This document shows positions 39,423 through 48,312 of a stretch of DNA of 64,000 nt, piece by piece. Origin of the DNA: Chlamydiales bacterium (lineage in GTDB: Bacteria > Chlamydiota > Chlamydiia > Chlamydiales > JARBTQ01). The notes under the pieces were generated by a model that was not told where the DNA came from, made no database searches, and saw nothing but the letters and a program-made list of their open reading frames with translations. A program made the position numbers and the translations under genes. How positions within the stretch are numbered: the stretch's first letter is position 1; each line of letters begins with the position of its first letter. Location of the stretch: assembly GCA_029240075.1 (NCBI GenBank), contig JARBTQ010000002.1, forward strand, positions 75,218 through 139,217. The letters are read 5' to 3'.

Positions 39423-40337
39423 ATGGCAAAGCGTATACAGAAAAAGCATTATCTTAAGCCAAAGTTAACATCGTTAAAATTATTTATTCTAGGAACTGTT
39501 ATCGGTTCTATTCTAACTTTTGTAGCGTTGAACATAGATGTTATAAAAGTGCAGCCAAATGCAATCAACGTCCCAACATACATTAAGCCTAAAGAAGCAA
39601 ACTCCTCTTTTCAAGCAGAGATAAAGCCTCTAGATCTTGAATTAGAACGATTTGGAGCTCCCATTGTTGCTATCCCCGTGCAAAGATCTAATTATAAGTT
39701 AGCTTATGATGGTCGCAATCATACCGCTTTTTGGGTTATGGAGCATTTAACAGCTGATAAGCTTAAGGGAAATACCAGTCGTTCTTCTAATTTTAAAGAG
39801 GATCCTAGCATCCCTATTGAGGTGCGTTCCACTTTAGATGATTACAAAGGATCAGGCTTTGATCGAGGTCACTTAGCTCCAGCTGCTAATCATAAGTCCT
39901 CAGCACAAGCAATGGATGATACTTTTTATCTATCAAACATGAGTGCACAAGTCCCTGAATTTAATCGAGGGTACTGGTCTAAATTAGAATCTTATGTAAG
40001 AGGTTTAGTTTCTAAGCACAAAAATTTGTATGTAGTAACTGGACCTCTTTACCTTCCAGAATTAGACAAGGATGGTAAAAAATATGTGAAGTACCAAGTT
40101 ATTGGACCTCACAACGTTGCAGTTCCTACTCATTTCTTCAAGGTTATCCTTGCTGAAAAACCTAGTGGACATCTTAAATTTGAAGCTTATGTCCTCCCTA
40201 ATAAAAAAATTGATGATTATATTCCTTTAGAAAAATTTTCAACTACAGTTCAGCAGGTAGAAAAATTAGCAGGTCTTATCTTTTTCAATAAAATTGATAA
40301 TGGGCTTAAAAAAATTGGGGGACAAGCTAAAATATAA
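39423..40337 (+). CDS. DNA/RNA non-specific endonuclease (NucA/EndoG family), membrane-anchored or secreted
   Basis: N-terminal TM (LKLFILGTVIGSILTFVAL). Catalytic DRGHLAPAANH motif and downstream SNMSAQVPEFNRGYW. Confidence 0.85.
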   Translation: MAKRIQKKHYLKPKLTSLKLFILGTVIGSILTFVALNIDVIKVQPNAINVPTYIKPKEANSSFQAEIKPLDLELERFGAPIVAIPVQRSNYKLAYDGRNHTAFWVMEHLTADKLKGNTSRSSNFKEDPSIPIEVRSTLDDYKGSGFDRGHLAPAANHKSSAQAMDDTFYLSNMSAQVPEFNRGYWSKLESYVRGLVSKHKNLYVVTGPLYLPELDKDGKKYVKYQVIGPHNVAVPTHFFKVILAEKPSGHLKFEAYVLPNKKIDDYIPLEKFSTTVQQVEKLAGLIFFNKIDNGLKKIGGQAKI

Positions 40338-40822
40338 GAGCTTATTACTCGATCCGTTACTAGTTGATTCTCGAGGCTTACCATACTTTATCTATTGGAA
40401 AGCCTTCAAATCTTTATTAAATTCTCATGTCCAAAATCTTATCCTTGATAGGTTTAAATTACATCTAGGATGTGGGTAACCTTTAGCGCTCTATTTAAAT
40501 ATATCATCCCAAAAATAGATTTTTTGCAAACCCTTCTTTATAAAGGTTTATTAGATCAATCAATAGAGAACTATACAGGAAATTCAATAACAAAAGCTTG
40601 CTATTTTAAGCTGATTCTTATATTGCACAGGTAATAATTTTGGTTTCTTTAATGGTCACCAAGTGCTCCCGTTTGCTCTATTTATTAGGAGCACTTTGAG
40701 TGAAAAGTTGAATAGAACCTCTAAAATGGAGCCTAGACTCCGCAATATGATATAAAGCTAAAGCCAGGATCTCTGCATCTACGGAGGTACATGCGTTTTA
40801 AAGGTATAAGAGGTTAATCATT

Positions 40823-42109
40823 ATGACTGTTGATATGAATCGTATAGCCAGCATTATCTTGGGTGGTGGGCAAGGAACACGCCTATTCCCTTTAACATAT
40901 AGTAATTGCAAGCCGGCTATCTCTTTTGGTGGGAGATATCGTTTAATAGATGTTCCCGTATCTAATTCGATTAATTCTCAAATTCGTAAAATCTTTATTA
41001 TTACTCAATTTCTCTCTTCTTCTCTACATCGACACTTAATGCATACCTACCATTTTGATCAATACTCCTCAGGGTTTATTGAACTGCTTTCTCCAGAACA
41101 GTGTCCCACAGGTGAGCACTGGTTTCAAGGTACGGCAGATGCGGTGCGTCAAAATGTAAAATATTTTATAGAGACCCCTGTCGATTATTTTCTGATTCTA
41201 TCAGGTGATCAACTTTATAATATTGAATTTGAGAAGATGCTTGACTTTGCACAAAAGACAGATGCAGATTTAGTTATTGCATCTCTACCTGTAAATAAGC
41301 AGGATGCTCAACGTATGGGAATCATGCAAATCGATGAAAATGCGCATGTCATAGATTTCTATGAAAAGCCTAAAAGTGACGAAATTTTAAATCGTTTGCA
41401 TGCTGATAGCAAAGCCTTAGAAAAATGGGGATTTAGCATTTCTCCAGACAAACCTTTCTTAGGTTCTATGGGGATCTATGTCTTCAAAAGAGAGGCTTTA
41501 CTACGTTTGCTTCAAGAAGATCAACGTGAGGATTTTGGAAAACATCTTATTCCTACACAAATCAAAAAAGGAAAGGTAGCATCCTTCCTTTACACCGGAT
41601 ACTGGGAAGATATCGGAACAATTGATGCTTTTTATAAAGCCAATTTAGCTTTAACAGAGCCTAATCCTTTATTTGATTGTTACGATCCAAAAAACAAAAT
41701 TTATACAGAAATTCTAAACTTGCCCGGACCCAAGTTTTCAAACACGAAAGTGTCCCAAGCTATTATATGTGAAGGGTCAATTGTAGAAGCTGATGAGGTA
41801 ACGCACAGTATCTTAGGCCCTCGTACTGTAATCAAGAAAGGCACTATAGTAAGAAATTCATTCTTGATGGGGAATGATTTTTATGAACCGCCTGTAATGC
41901 AAACAGAAAGCCTTCCAGAATTTCTTCACATTGGAGAAAACTGTGAGATTGATAAGTGTATTATTGATCGTAATGTGCATATAGGAAATAACGTTAAATT
42001 GAAAAATCCACAAAATCTAGAGCATTACAACGGGGAAAAGATCTACATTAGGGACGGAATTATCATTGTAACGCGTGGTGCACGTATACCAGATGGATTC
42101 AAACTCTAA
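40823..42109 (+). CDS. glgC: Glucose-1-phosphate adenylyltransferase
   Basis: ILGGGQGTRLFPLT nucleotide-binding motif, FQGTADAV, and a C-terminal left-handed beta-helix region. 428 aa. Confidence 0.9.
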   Translation: MTVDMNRIASIILGGGQGTRLFPLTYSNCKPAISFGGRYRLIDVPVSNSINSQIRKIFIITQFLSSSLHRHLMHTYHFDQYSSGFIELLSPEQCPTGEHWFQGTADAVRQNVKYFIETPVDYFLILSGDQLYNIEFEKMLDFAQKTDADLVIASLPVNKQDAQRMGIMQIDENAHVIDFYEKPKSDEILNRLHADSKALEKWGFSISPDKPFLGSMGIYVFKREALLRLLQEDQREDFGKHLIPTQIKKGKVASFLYTGYWEDIGTIDAFYKANLALTEPNPLFDCYDPKNKIYTEILNLPGPKFSNTKVSQAIICEGSIVEADEVTHSILGPRTVIKKGTIVRNSFLMGNDFYEPPVMQTESLPEFLHIGENCEIDKCIIDRNVHIGNNVKLKNPQNLEHYNGEKIYIRDGIIIVTRGARIPDGFKL

Positions 42110-42134
42110 CTTCAAGCTGTTAGATAGGATGGCT

Positions 42135-42175
42135 AAATAGATCTCTTGCGAAGTAATGTACGAAGAGATCTATTT
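42135..42175. terminator. 15-bp inverted repeat hairpin 25 nt after the glgC stop (no U-tract); carries the AGAGATCTAT repeat core
   Basis: aaatagatctcttgcg / cgaagagatctattt, one bulge, 10-nt loop. Confidence 0.45.
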
Positions 42176-42433
42176 AACAGTAAGATGCAAAAGGGGGCTA
42201 ATACAGCAGCACGCTTTACACGTTGTTTTGGAAGTCGCGATTTCAAGCTCGGAACGCCTGTTTTGCGAACTTCTGCATACTCCCTAAGATGTTGCTTAGC
42301 TACTCTTTCAAGACGTGTTTCCTCTAGTTTAGCCCCTTCAGTAAATGGCCTAGCTGCAAATTCCCCAGTATCCACGGTAAAGCTAGCGATTCCTTTAACT
42401 GTTTCGATAGGTTGCGTAACCAATAGGTCTCTC

Positions 42434-42497
42434 TCGAAACTTGTTTCGAAGAGATTTATCGAGCCACCGACAGTAAAGATTTGAAAGAGGCTCAATC
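42434..42497. repeat. 64-nt dispersed repeat copy inside the orphan module ORF
   Basis: tcgaaacttgtttcgaagagatttatcgagccaccgacagtaaagatttgaaagaggctcaatc. On the minus strand it encodes LSLFQIFTVGGSINLFETSFE. Confidence 0.75.
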
Positions 42498-42700
42498 TAG
42501 TCAGATTATTAGTCGCACCAACGATATTATCATTGTACTTAGCTTGTAGACGAGCAATCTCTCTATTATTTGATTGGACCACGGGATTGGCTTCACTTGG
42601 AACATAAACTTTAGCATTTTCTAACGTTCCGTGTACTTTATTATAAGCCCACTCCCTACCTTGATCAATGATATTTGTCTTTGGTTGTGTCTTGCTATCG

Positions 42701-42855
42701 GGAGCATGGACAAGACCGGGATTGCCCTTAGTCACAGCAATAGAATCTTGCTGATTAGCTACGCTTATAAATGCAGGACCACAATAGGCTTTGTTTTCAT
42801 CAATTACTGCTTGACCGTGTTCAAAATCCTCCTTAGAGACCACATCATCAGGATG
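42701..42855. repeat. 155-bp repeat copy 1 (partner 45370-45524, same orientation)
   Basis: Hand alignment gives 7 mismatches in 155 nt, with sharp loss of similarity on the low-coordinate side. Confidence 0.85.
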
Positions 42856-43093
42856 CAAGCCAACAGCTGTAGGCTTAGATTCTATAGGAGCAGGCTTTTC
42901 TGGGACTTATAAATCACGATGTGGAGGTTTTAGAGACTCCTCAGGCAGATTAGCTTTTTTAATAGGTTGAGGTTCTACAGAGCTAGGCTTGCCTGCAGGA
43001 GGTAGCTCTAGGGCAGCTTTATTCTGTCTTTATAGAGAGTTAAATGTTGCCACTAGAACTGAATTCCAGACTCGCCTTATGAAACTACGTTTA

Positions 43094-43669
43094 TTACTGA
43101 CTCGATGAAGGTGATGGGACGAGATGACGAGCTTCTTCATATGGTTCTTGCAGTATGACTTCTAAATTCCGTATTTCTTCGTTAAAACGTTCATAGGTAA
43201 TGATGCCATCACGTAATGTTGCCATAGCTACATAGTTCCCTCGAATGAATAGCTGATCATTATCTAGTTGGCGGAAGGTCCAGCGTAACTGTAGTCGTTC
43301 TAAACCAAAGGTAGGGGTTGTAATAAGTTCTTTAATTTCGTTAGAATCATTCAGAAGCTTGAGGTACCAGTCTGTACTCTCTACAATCATTTTTCGTGCT
43401 TGAGAAACATCATTAGCTTCTTGCCCTTCATAATACATGCGTAGCCAATAGATTTTGTCACCCCAATGCGCTGTTATCAAAAACGGGGTATAGTGATAAA
43501 CCTTCTCCATCTGCTCAACATGTTCAGCTTGGTATTTTCCAATATAATATTTTTGAGGCGGCCAATACCATTTCTTATGGGGCGGCGGCAAATCTGCATA
43601 GCATTGTAAACTGTTTATAAATAGTATCGCTATTAGTGATATAGAATAGATTTTTAGTTGATATATCAT
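43094..43669 (-). CDS. Small exported protein, paralogue B (candidate immunity/partner protein)
   Basis: 191 aa. Signal-like N-terminus MIYQLKIYSISLIAILFINSLQCYA-D. Shares ...AR..(I/Y)......(Y)L.LLN...EI/KI...L..(L/V)E/Q.R..F...EPYEEAR architecture with the preceding gene. Its ATG overlaps the upstream stop (ATGA). Confidence 0.7.
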   Translation of the reverse strand: MIYQLKIYSISLIAILFINSLQCYADLPPPHKKWYWPPQKYYIGKYQAEHVEQMEKVYHYTPFLITAHWGDKIYWLRMYYEGQEANDVSQARKMIVESTDWYLKLLNDSNEIKELITTPTFGLERLQLRWTFRQLDNDQLFIRGNYVAMATLRDGIITYERFNEEIRNLEVILQEPYEEARHLVPSPSSSQ

Positions 43670-44259
43670 GATTTATCCCCCAAAGCTAACTTCAAATGGT
43701 TAAATTCTTTAGTACGTGCCTCTTCATAGGTTTCTTTATGTATATTTTTTAGAGGGTTATGTATACCGTAGCCTTTCTTAGTATCGTAATAAATATATTT
43801 ATTGTTATTAAAGATACAACAGATATGCGTTCCATCACTAACTAGTCGTTGATTGGCATCATAAAACTCTAAACGTATTTCAACATTAGCCAGAGTAAGT
43901 GGGTAATTTGCTAGATAGGGCCTAATCTTTTCATTATTGTTAAATAGTTCTAAAAAGGTATTTAGATAGGTCAAATAGATGCCACGCGCAGTCTCCACAT
44001 CACACAATGAAGACATTAGCAATCTAAATTCCACTTCTTTTATATCATGCATCATAGATCCGCCGCCGCCGCCGTAGCTTACCGGAAAAAAATTGTTGAT
44101 TTTACTCACAAATTCCCGCTCTAATTGAGCGGAAAGGTTAATATACTTGTAAGCTTTTCTTTTTGGCAAAATATCTTCAGGAGTAATATATCTTTCGCGA
44201 TCCATACACGAAAAACAAAGCAAAGGGCAGATTAGGAACATTCTCAATATATTTCTCAC
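43666..44259 (-). CDS. Small exported protein, paralogue A (candidate immunity/partner protein, possible lipoprotein)
   Basis: 197 aa. MRNILRMFLICPLLCFSC signal with an atypical lipobox-like Cys. Internal GGGGGS. Ends ...KETYEEAR.... Its GTG start overlaps the stop of the 1277-aa gene (GTGA). Confidence 0.7.
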   Translation of the reverse strand: MRNILRMFLICPLLCFSCMDRERYITPEDILPKRKAYKYINLSAQLEREFVSKINNFFPVSYGGGGGSMMHDIKEVEFRLLMSSLCDVETARGIYLTYLNTFLELFNNNEKIRPYLANYPLTLANVEIRLEFYDANQRLVSDGTHICCIFNNNKYIYYDTKKGYGIHNPLKNIHKETYEEARTKEFNHLKLALGDKS

Positions 44260-47200
44260 GAATTATCCTCTCTTATAAATGCTTCACATTTAACCTGTAA
44301 AGGTTCGAAGTAAACCTTAGATAACATACTGTGAGCAAACCCTTCTTGTGAAATCGAACATTCCATGCCATCCTCAATGTTTTGAGCATGCATTTCCATT
44401 AATTCATCCGTTTTATTATCTATCCACTGTTTTTTGTGGTTATTGAACAAAGGAGTTGAGTAAATAATATCATCTTGATGCTCAAAATAGTATAAGTTTT
44501 CCGCATACTGTCTTAAAGTTTTTTGAACTTGCTCAGATGTTTTTAAACCATATGTTTTTTCTAAGATGTCAATTCGGTTATTATTTAATAGTTTTGGAAT
44601 AGGATCTAGATTACATATGATATTGGACACCTTTCCTAAATTCATTTTAGGAATAATGTCAGCGCCTCCCATACTAATTACAGAGATTCTATCTTGTTCT
44701 TTATCCGGCAGAGTTGCGACAGCATTTTTAAAAATTAGCGATCCAAGACTATGCGTTATAAAAATTGCCTTCTCGTTTTCGTTCAAAATGTCTTTCATCC
44801 ATGCTCTACAAAATTGAATGTGAGAGTTATTATTATCTTGCAACATTGTGAGAAGCTGAGGCACTTGCAAATTAAAATAACAACCTTGCACTTCATGTTT
44901 CCCACCAAAAAGAGAGTGAACAAATTGATGCTTTTGCTTTGCTTCGTCAGGACTATTAAACATTCCTGATATGACACAAATAGAGGTCGTTTCCTTATTT
45001 CTGATAAATTTTTCCCCTTCAATCTTATACAGGCCTTCATCTTTAAACTTATAGCCTAGTCTATTTTCAAAGTAAGCAGTAGTAGGAAATTTGGTATTCA
45101 TCTCTTTATTATCAATTTTTTCGATATCCTCAAAGCCATAGCCTGTAGTTATGTGGCTTTGTCTTTCTAAAGCTTCCAAGAAAGGTTTTACTAATTTTGA
45201 GGTATAGGAGTCTAGTTGAGTCATGTTTGTTAAGCCGATTATCTCAGCCTTACTGTTAGCATCTTGATCTGCTATCTCATGAACGTGTTTCTTCTCTCCC
45301 AATAACTCCTTTTTAGTTTCCAAAGGAGGATTTCCCTCTGCGTCATTTTGAGGTCTACTAACGGGGTCAGGAGCATGGACAAGACCTGGGTTGCCCTTAG
45401 TCACAGCAATAGAATCTTGCTGATTAGCTACGCTTTTAAATGCAGGACCACAGTAGGCTTTGTTTTCATCAATTACTGCTTGACCATGTTCAAAATCCTC
45501 CTTAGAGACCACATCATCGGGATGAGCTACAGCTTTGTTTGAACCGGCAAGACCGGAGAGCGTGCCTGAGTCATGCCCATAACTCGGATTTGCGCTTGAC
45601 CCTTGATGAGCTGCAGGATAAGGTAACCCAGCCTCCATTCTAGCGACATAGGCTGGATCATCCGTCTTGTTTTGGTACACTCGAGGTGTAGGTTTGGCTA
45701 CAGGCTGAGTTTCAGATACAACAGTAGGATCATAGCTTGTGGTTTTAGTCGTATTGCTCGTACTCGCTGGTTGTAGATTAATTGGTTCTAAATTATCAAG
45801 TGGAGGTATAGGATTACTTGAATATTTACCTGGACCAGAATTGCCTGTGGAATTTGTTTTTGCATTAGAATTAGTAGCTAGTTTTTGTAATGCCTTAATA
45901 TTTTCTATCTTTGCATCTATTCGAGCCATTGATTCTTCAAAAGAAATTTCATCAGGATCTACCAATAGCCCTGCAGAAGATTTGATTTTATATATGCTAG
46001 CATCGATCTCAGTCATCTTACTAGAAAAAGAATCTTTTTTTAGCAGCTGTTGTGCTTGTGCTTGTATTCTATCAGCTTGAAGGCACATATATTCAAATTC
46101 AAGCTTATTTGACTCAAAATCAGCTACATCAAAATCTGCTTTCATTCGTGCCATAGTCGCTTCTTGATTAAGCTCTTCCGCTAAATTTATAAGCCCTTGC
46201 TCATACTCTTGCTTTTTTAAATCCATATAGAATTCAAATTTTTCTCGATCATTATCTTCTAAATTTTGAATCCTATCATCTAAACGATTAAGTGCATGTT
46301 CCGCTTGATTTAATTCTTGTCTAGCATTGGATTCCAACTCTGTCAGTATAAGACCTGTGGTCGCAATTTTAAGCTCTGATAATTGTGTGTGAAGATGCTC
46401 TGTTTGCGCATCGCTGGCAATTTGATCTGCTTGCTTATCTAATCGCTCTAATTCTTCTGTTGTTTTTTGCGCATTTTCTTGTTGTTGCTGATTTTGGATC
46501 AACACTTCAGTATGCTGACTGTCTGCATAATCGACTGAGTTGATATGATTTAAAAGAGTGACTCTACGCTGCTCCCAACCCACTTTTAATGCTCTATCAA
46601 CTTCACTTAGAGTCTGAGTGGACTTATAGTATTGTCCTGTTACTTCAGCTATCTTTTTACTATTATTTTCGATCTGTTTAGCAAGTGTTTCCACTTTTTT
46701 TAGCTCACTTTCACTATGAGAGGACCGATACTTATCAGCAGAAGTGTTCAGCTCGTGTGCTAATTGTTGGGTTTCTGTGCGAAGCTTTTGCATTTCTGAT
46801 GATTGTGAAAGACCTTGGTTTGATAAAGCGTGATAGCGCGATAGATTTTGCTCATTTTGTTGGTGTTGCTGTCTCAATTCAGAACTAAGACTGGATTGCT
46901 GTCTTTGTAGTTCTTGATAGCTCTGCTGTATTTTTTCGGCAGTATGATTCAATTGGTGCTGGATCTTCTGAGCTTGCTCTGGAGCCTCTTTTGCCTCACA
47001 AACAACGCTTTGCATCTTATGCGTTAAGTCTTGAAATTTACGTTCATGCCCTGTGCGCTCTTGTTCGTTATTTTCTAATTTTTTGCACTGCTGTATTGAT
47101 TGTTCTTTGTTTTCCTGTATGCGTTTTTCAATATTTCCTATACGGTTCTTTTCATTATTTATTTGAGTTTGGTGTATGTTACGATCTTGTTGCGCACTAG

Positions 47201-48089
47201 CAGTATAGGCAGAATCCCATTGCTGCGGGTTAAAATTTTGAGTCTGTGTTATTTTTAGTTTAGCTAAATAACGTATCGCATCTAGTTTCAGATCCTGTTG
47301 AGCATTTTTTTTTGCACATTCTAGAATTTGTGAATGCATTTGCTGTATGTAAGCTGGTGAGCCAAATACTGGTTTTTGTCCAAATCCTCCTGCTGTCTGT
47401 GTAAAAAGAGGTTGAGGTTGTGCAAAGATTGGATTGCGAGGTGGCGGCGGGCTGAGCGAACGAGGATTCCGTGATTGGGCATTATGCAATGAGTTGGAAA
47501 CATGGCCTGCTTGAGTTTGAATGCTACTTGCTGTTCCTTTGCCATGTCGTACCCGTAGTTCTGTGCTTTCCTTAGTCGCTGCTTGATAAGTCTGTTTTTG
47601 ACTGATGCTATGATATTTTGCTTCCGATTGACTTTTTACATGATCAGCTTTTGTCTTAAGTTTTGCAGACACAGGATTAGCTGGACCGCTAGGACTATTA
47701 CCAGAAGGTCCTTTAGGGTCTGGTGAATTTGCAAAAAACTCTACTTTCCTTCTAGCAAAAGCGTTAGCTTGAGCATAGCCTTGGTTATGGGAAGAATTGG
47801 CAAAAGCTCCAGGAACACCTGTTAGATCTGAGGCAATAATTCCTATTTCTTGCAGCTTTTTAGTGGCAAAGTCTTGATAAGCTTTGATCTTTTCAAGATT
47901 TTCCTGCTGCTTAATCTCTTCTTGTGAAGGCCCACTGTAACTTCTTTGGGGGGCCTGATTACGACTGCGGCGAGCATAAGGCCAGGCAGGCCCGCCTCTA
48001 TTACCCGAAGATCCTCCATATAACCAAGCGTATCCGATTTCAAAACTATAACCTTTTCGACTATAACTTCCTTTACTTCGCCAACCCAT
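44256..48089 (-). CDS. Large multidomain protein: disordered N-terminus, Q-rich coiled coil, P/S/T linker, C-terminal lipase-like alpha/beta-hydrolase domain (putative secreted effector/toxin)
   Basis: 1277 aa with no signal peptide. Residues about 300-720 are heptad-rich (QQ.., LE..). The C-terminal roughly 280 aa carry a nucleophile elbow AIFITHSLGSL (GxSxG-like), an Asp motif ICNLDPIPKL (resembles the D.VP of class-3 lipases) and EGFAHSM (candidate His). Confidence 0.75.
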   Translation of the reverse strand: MGWRSKGSYSRKGYSFEIGYAWLYGGSSGNRGGPAWPYARRSRNQAPQRSYSGPSQEEIKQQENLEKIKAYQDFATKKLQEIGIIASDLTGVPGAFANSSHNQGYAQANAFARRKVEFFANSPDPKGPSGNSPSGPANPVSAKLKTKADHVKSQSEAKYHSISQKQTYQAATKESTELRVRHGKGTASSIQTQAGHVSNSLHNAQSRNPRSLSPPPPRNPIFAQPQPLFTQTAGGFGQKPVFGSPAYIQQMHSQILECAKKNAQQDLKLDAIRYLAKLKITQTQNFNPQQWDSAYTASAQQDRNIHQTQINNEKNRIGNIEKRIQENKEQSIQQCKKLENNEQERTGHERKFQDLTHKMQSVVCEAKEAPEQAQKIQHQLNHTAEKIQQSYQELQRQQSSLSSELRQQHQQNEQNLSRYHALSNQGLSQSSEMQKLRTETQQLAHELNTSADKYRSSHSESELKKVETLAKQIENNSKKIAEVTGQYYKSTQTLSEVDRALKVGWEQRRVTLLNHINSVDYADSQHTEVLIQNQQQQENAQKTTEELERLDKQADQIASDAQTEHLHTQLSELKIATTGLILTELESNARQELNQAEHALNRLDDRIQNLEDNDREKFEFYMDLKKQEYEQGLINLAEELNQEATMARMKADFDVADFESNKLEFEYMCLQADRIQAQAQQLLKKDSFSSKMTEIDASIYKIKSSAGLLVDPDEISFEESMARIDAKIENIKALQKLATNSNAKTNSTGNSGPGKYSSNPIPPLDNLEPINLQPASTSNTTKTTSYDPTVVSETQPVAKPTPRVYQNKTDDPAYVARMEAGLPYPAAHQGSSANPSYGHDSGTLSGLAGSNKAVAHPDDVVSKEDFEHGQAVIDENKAYCGPAFKSVANQQDSIAVTKGNPGLVHAPDPVSRPQNDAEGNPPLETKKELLGEKKHVHEIADQDANSKAEIIGLTNMTQLDSYTSKLVKPFLEALERQSHITTGYGFEDIEKIDNKEMNTKFPTTAYFENRLGYKFKDEGLYKIEGEKFIRNKETTSICVISGMFNSPDEAKQKHQFVHSLFGGKHEVQGCYFNLQVPQLLTMLQDNNNSHIQFCRAWMKDILNENEKAIFITHSLGSLIFKNAVATLPDKEQDRISVISMGGADIIPKMNLGKVSNIICNLDPIPKLLNNNRIDILEKTYGLKTSEQVQKTLRQYAENLYYFEHQDDIIYSTPLFNNHKKQWIDNKTDELMEMHAQNIEDGMECSISQEGFAHSMLSKVYFEPLQVKCEAFIREDNS
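45370..45524. repeat. 155-bp repeat copy 2, inside the 1277-aa gene (partner 42701-42855)
   Basis: Same alignment as copy 1. Encodes HPDDVV...GLVHAPD just upstream of the lipase-like C-terminal region. Confidence 0.85.
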
Positions 48090-48312
48090 TCTATCCTCTC
48101 TTTAAAAAATGTGCCTATAAATATACATTAGCTTTACTTTTATTCTCATTTTATTCTTTATTACCTAGCCAGTTTACAGAAAATAGTTGGGCTAAGGTAA
48201 AAAGGTTATCGTTTGTATACATAGGCCTAAAGCATTAAATGAAATTTAGGATTATAGGCCCAGATCTGTGTATAGCTTCCTTTCTTAAAAATACAGTCCC
48301 GTGTCTATACGT

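Larger units (their letters stand above)
42133..42858 (-). pseudogene. Orphan / decayed C-terminal module related to the 1277-aa protein
   Basis: Begins (TTG) with HPDDVVSKEDFEHGQAVIDENKAYCGPAFISVANQQDSIAVTKGNPGLVHAPD, nearly identical to residues about 856-907 of the upstream 1277-aa protein, then diverges completely. Upstream sequence 42859-43060 shows proline-rich coding remnants in other frames, broken by stops. The 3' end reads through the glgC hairpin. Confidence 0.55.

Noticed and set aside
42146-42484. 112-aa plus-strand ORF antisense to the orphan module
   Set aside because: It starts inside the glgC terminator hairpin and has Arg/Ser/Cys-rich low-complexity translation. It is most likely an antisense shadow of a decaying region.
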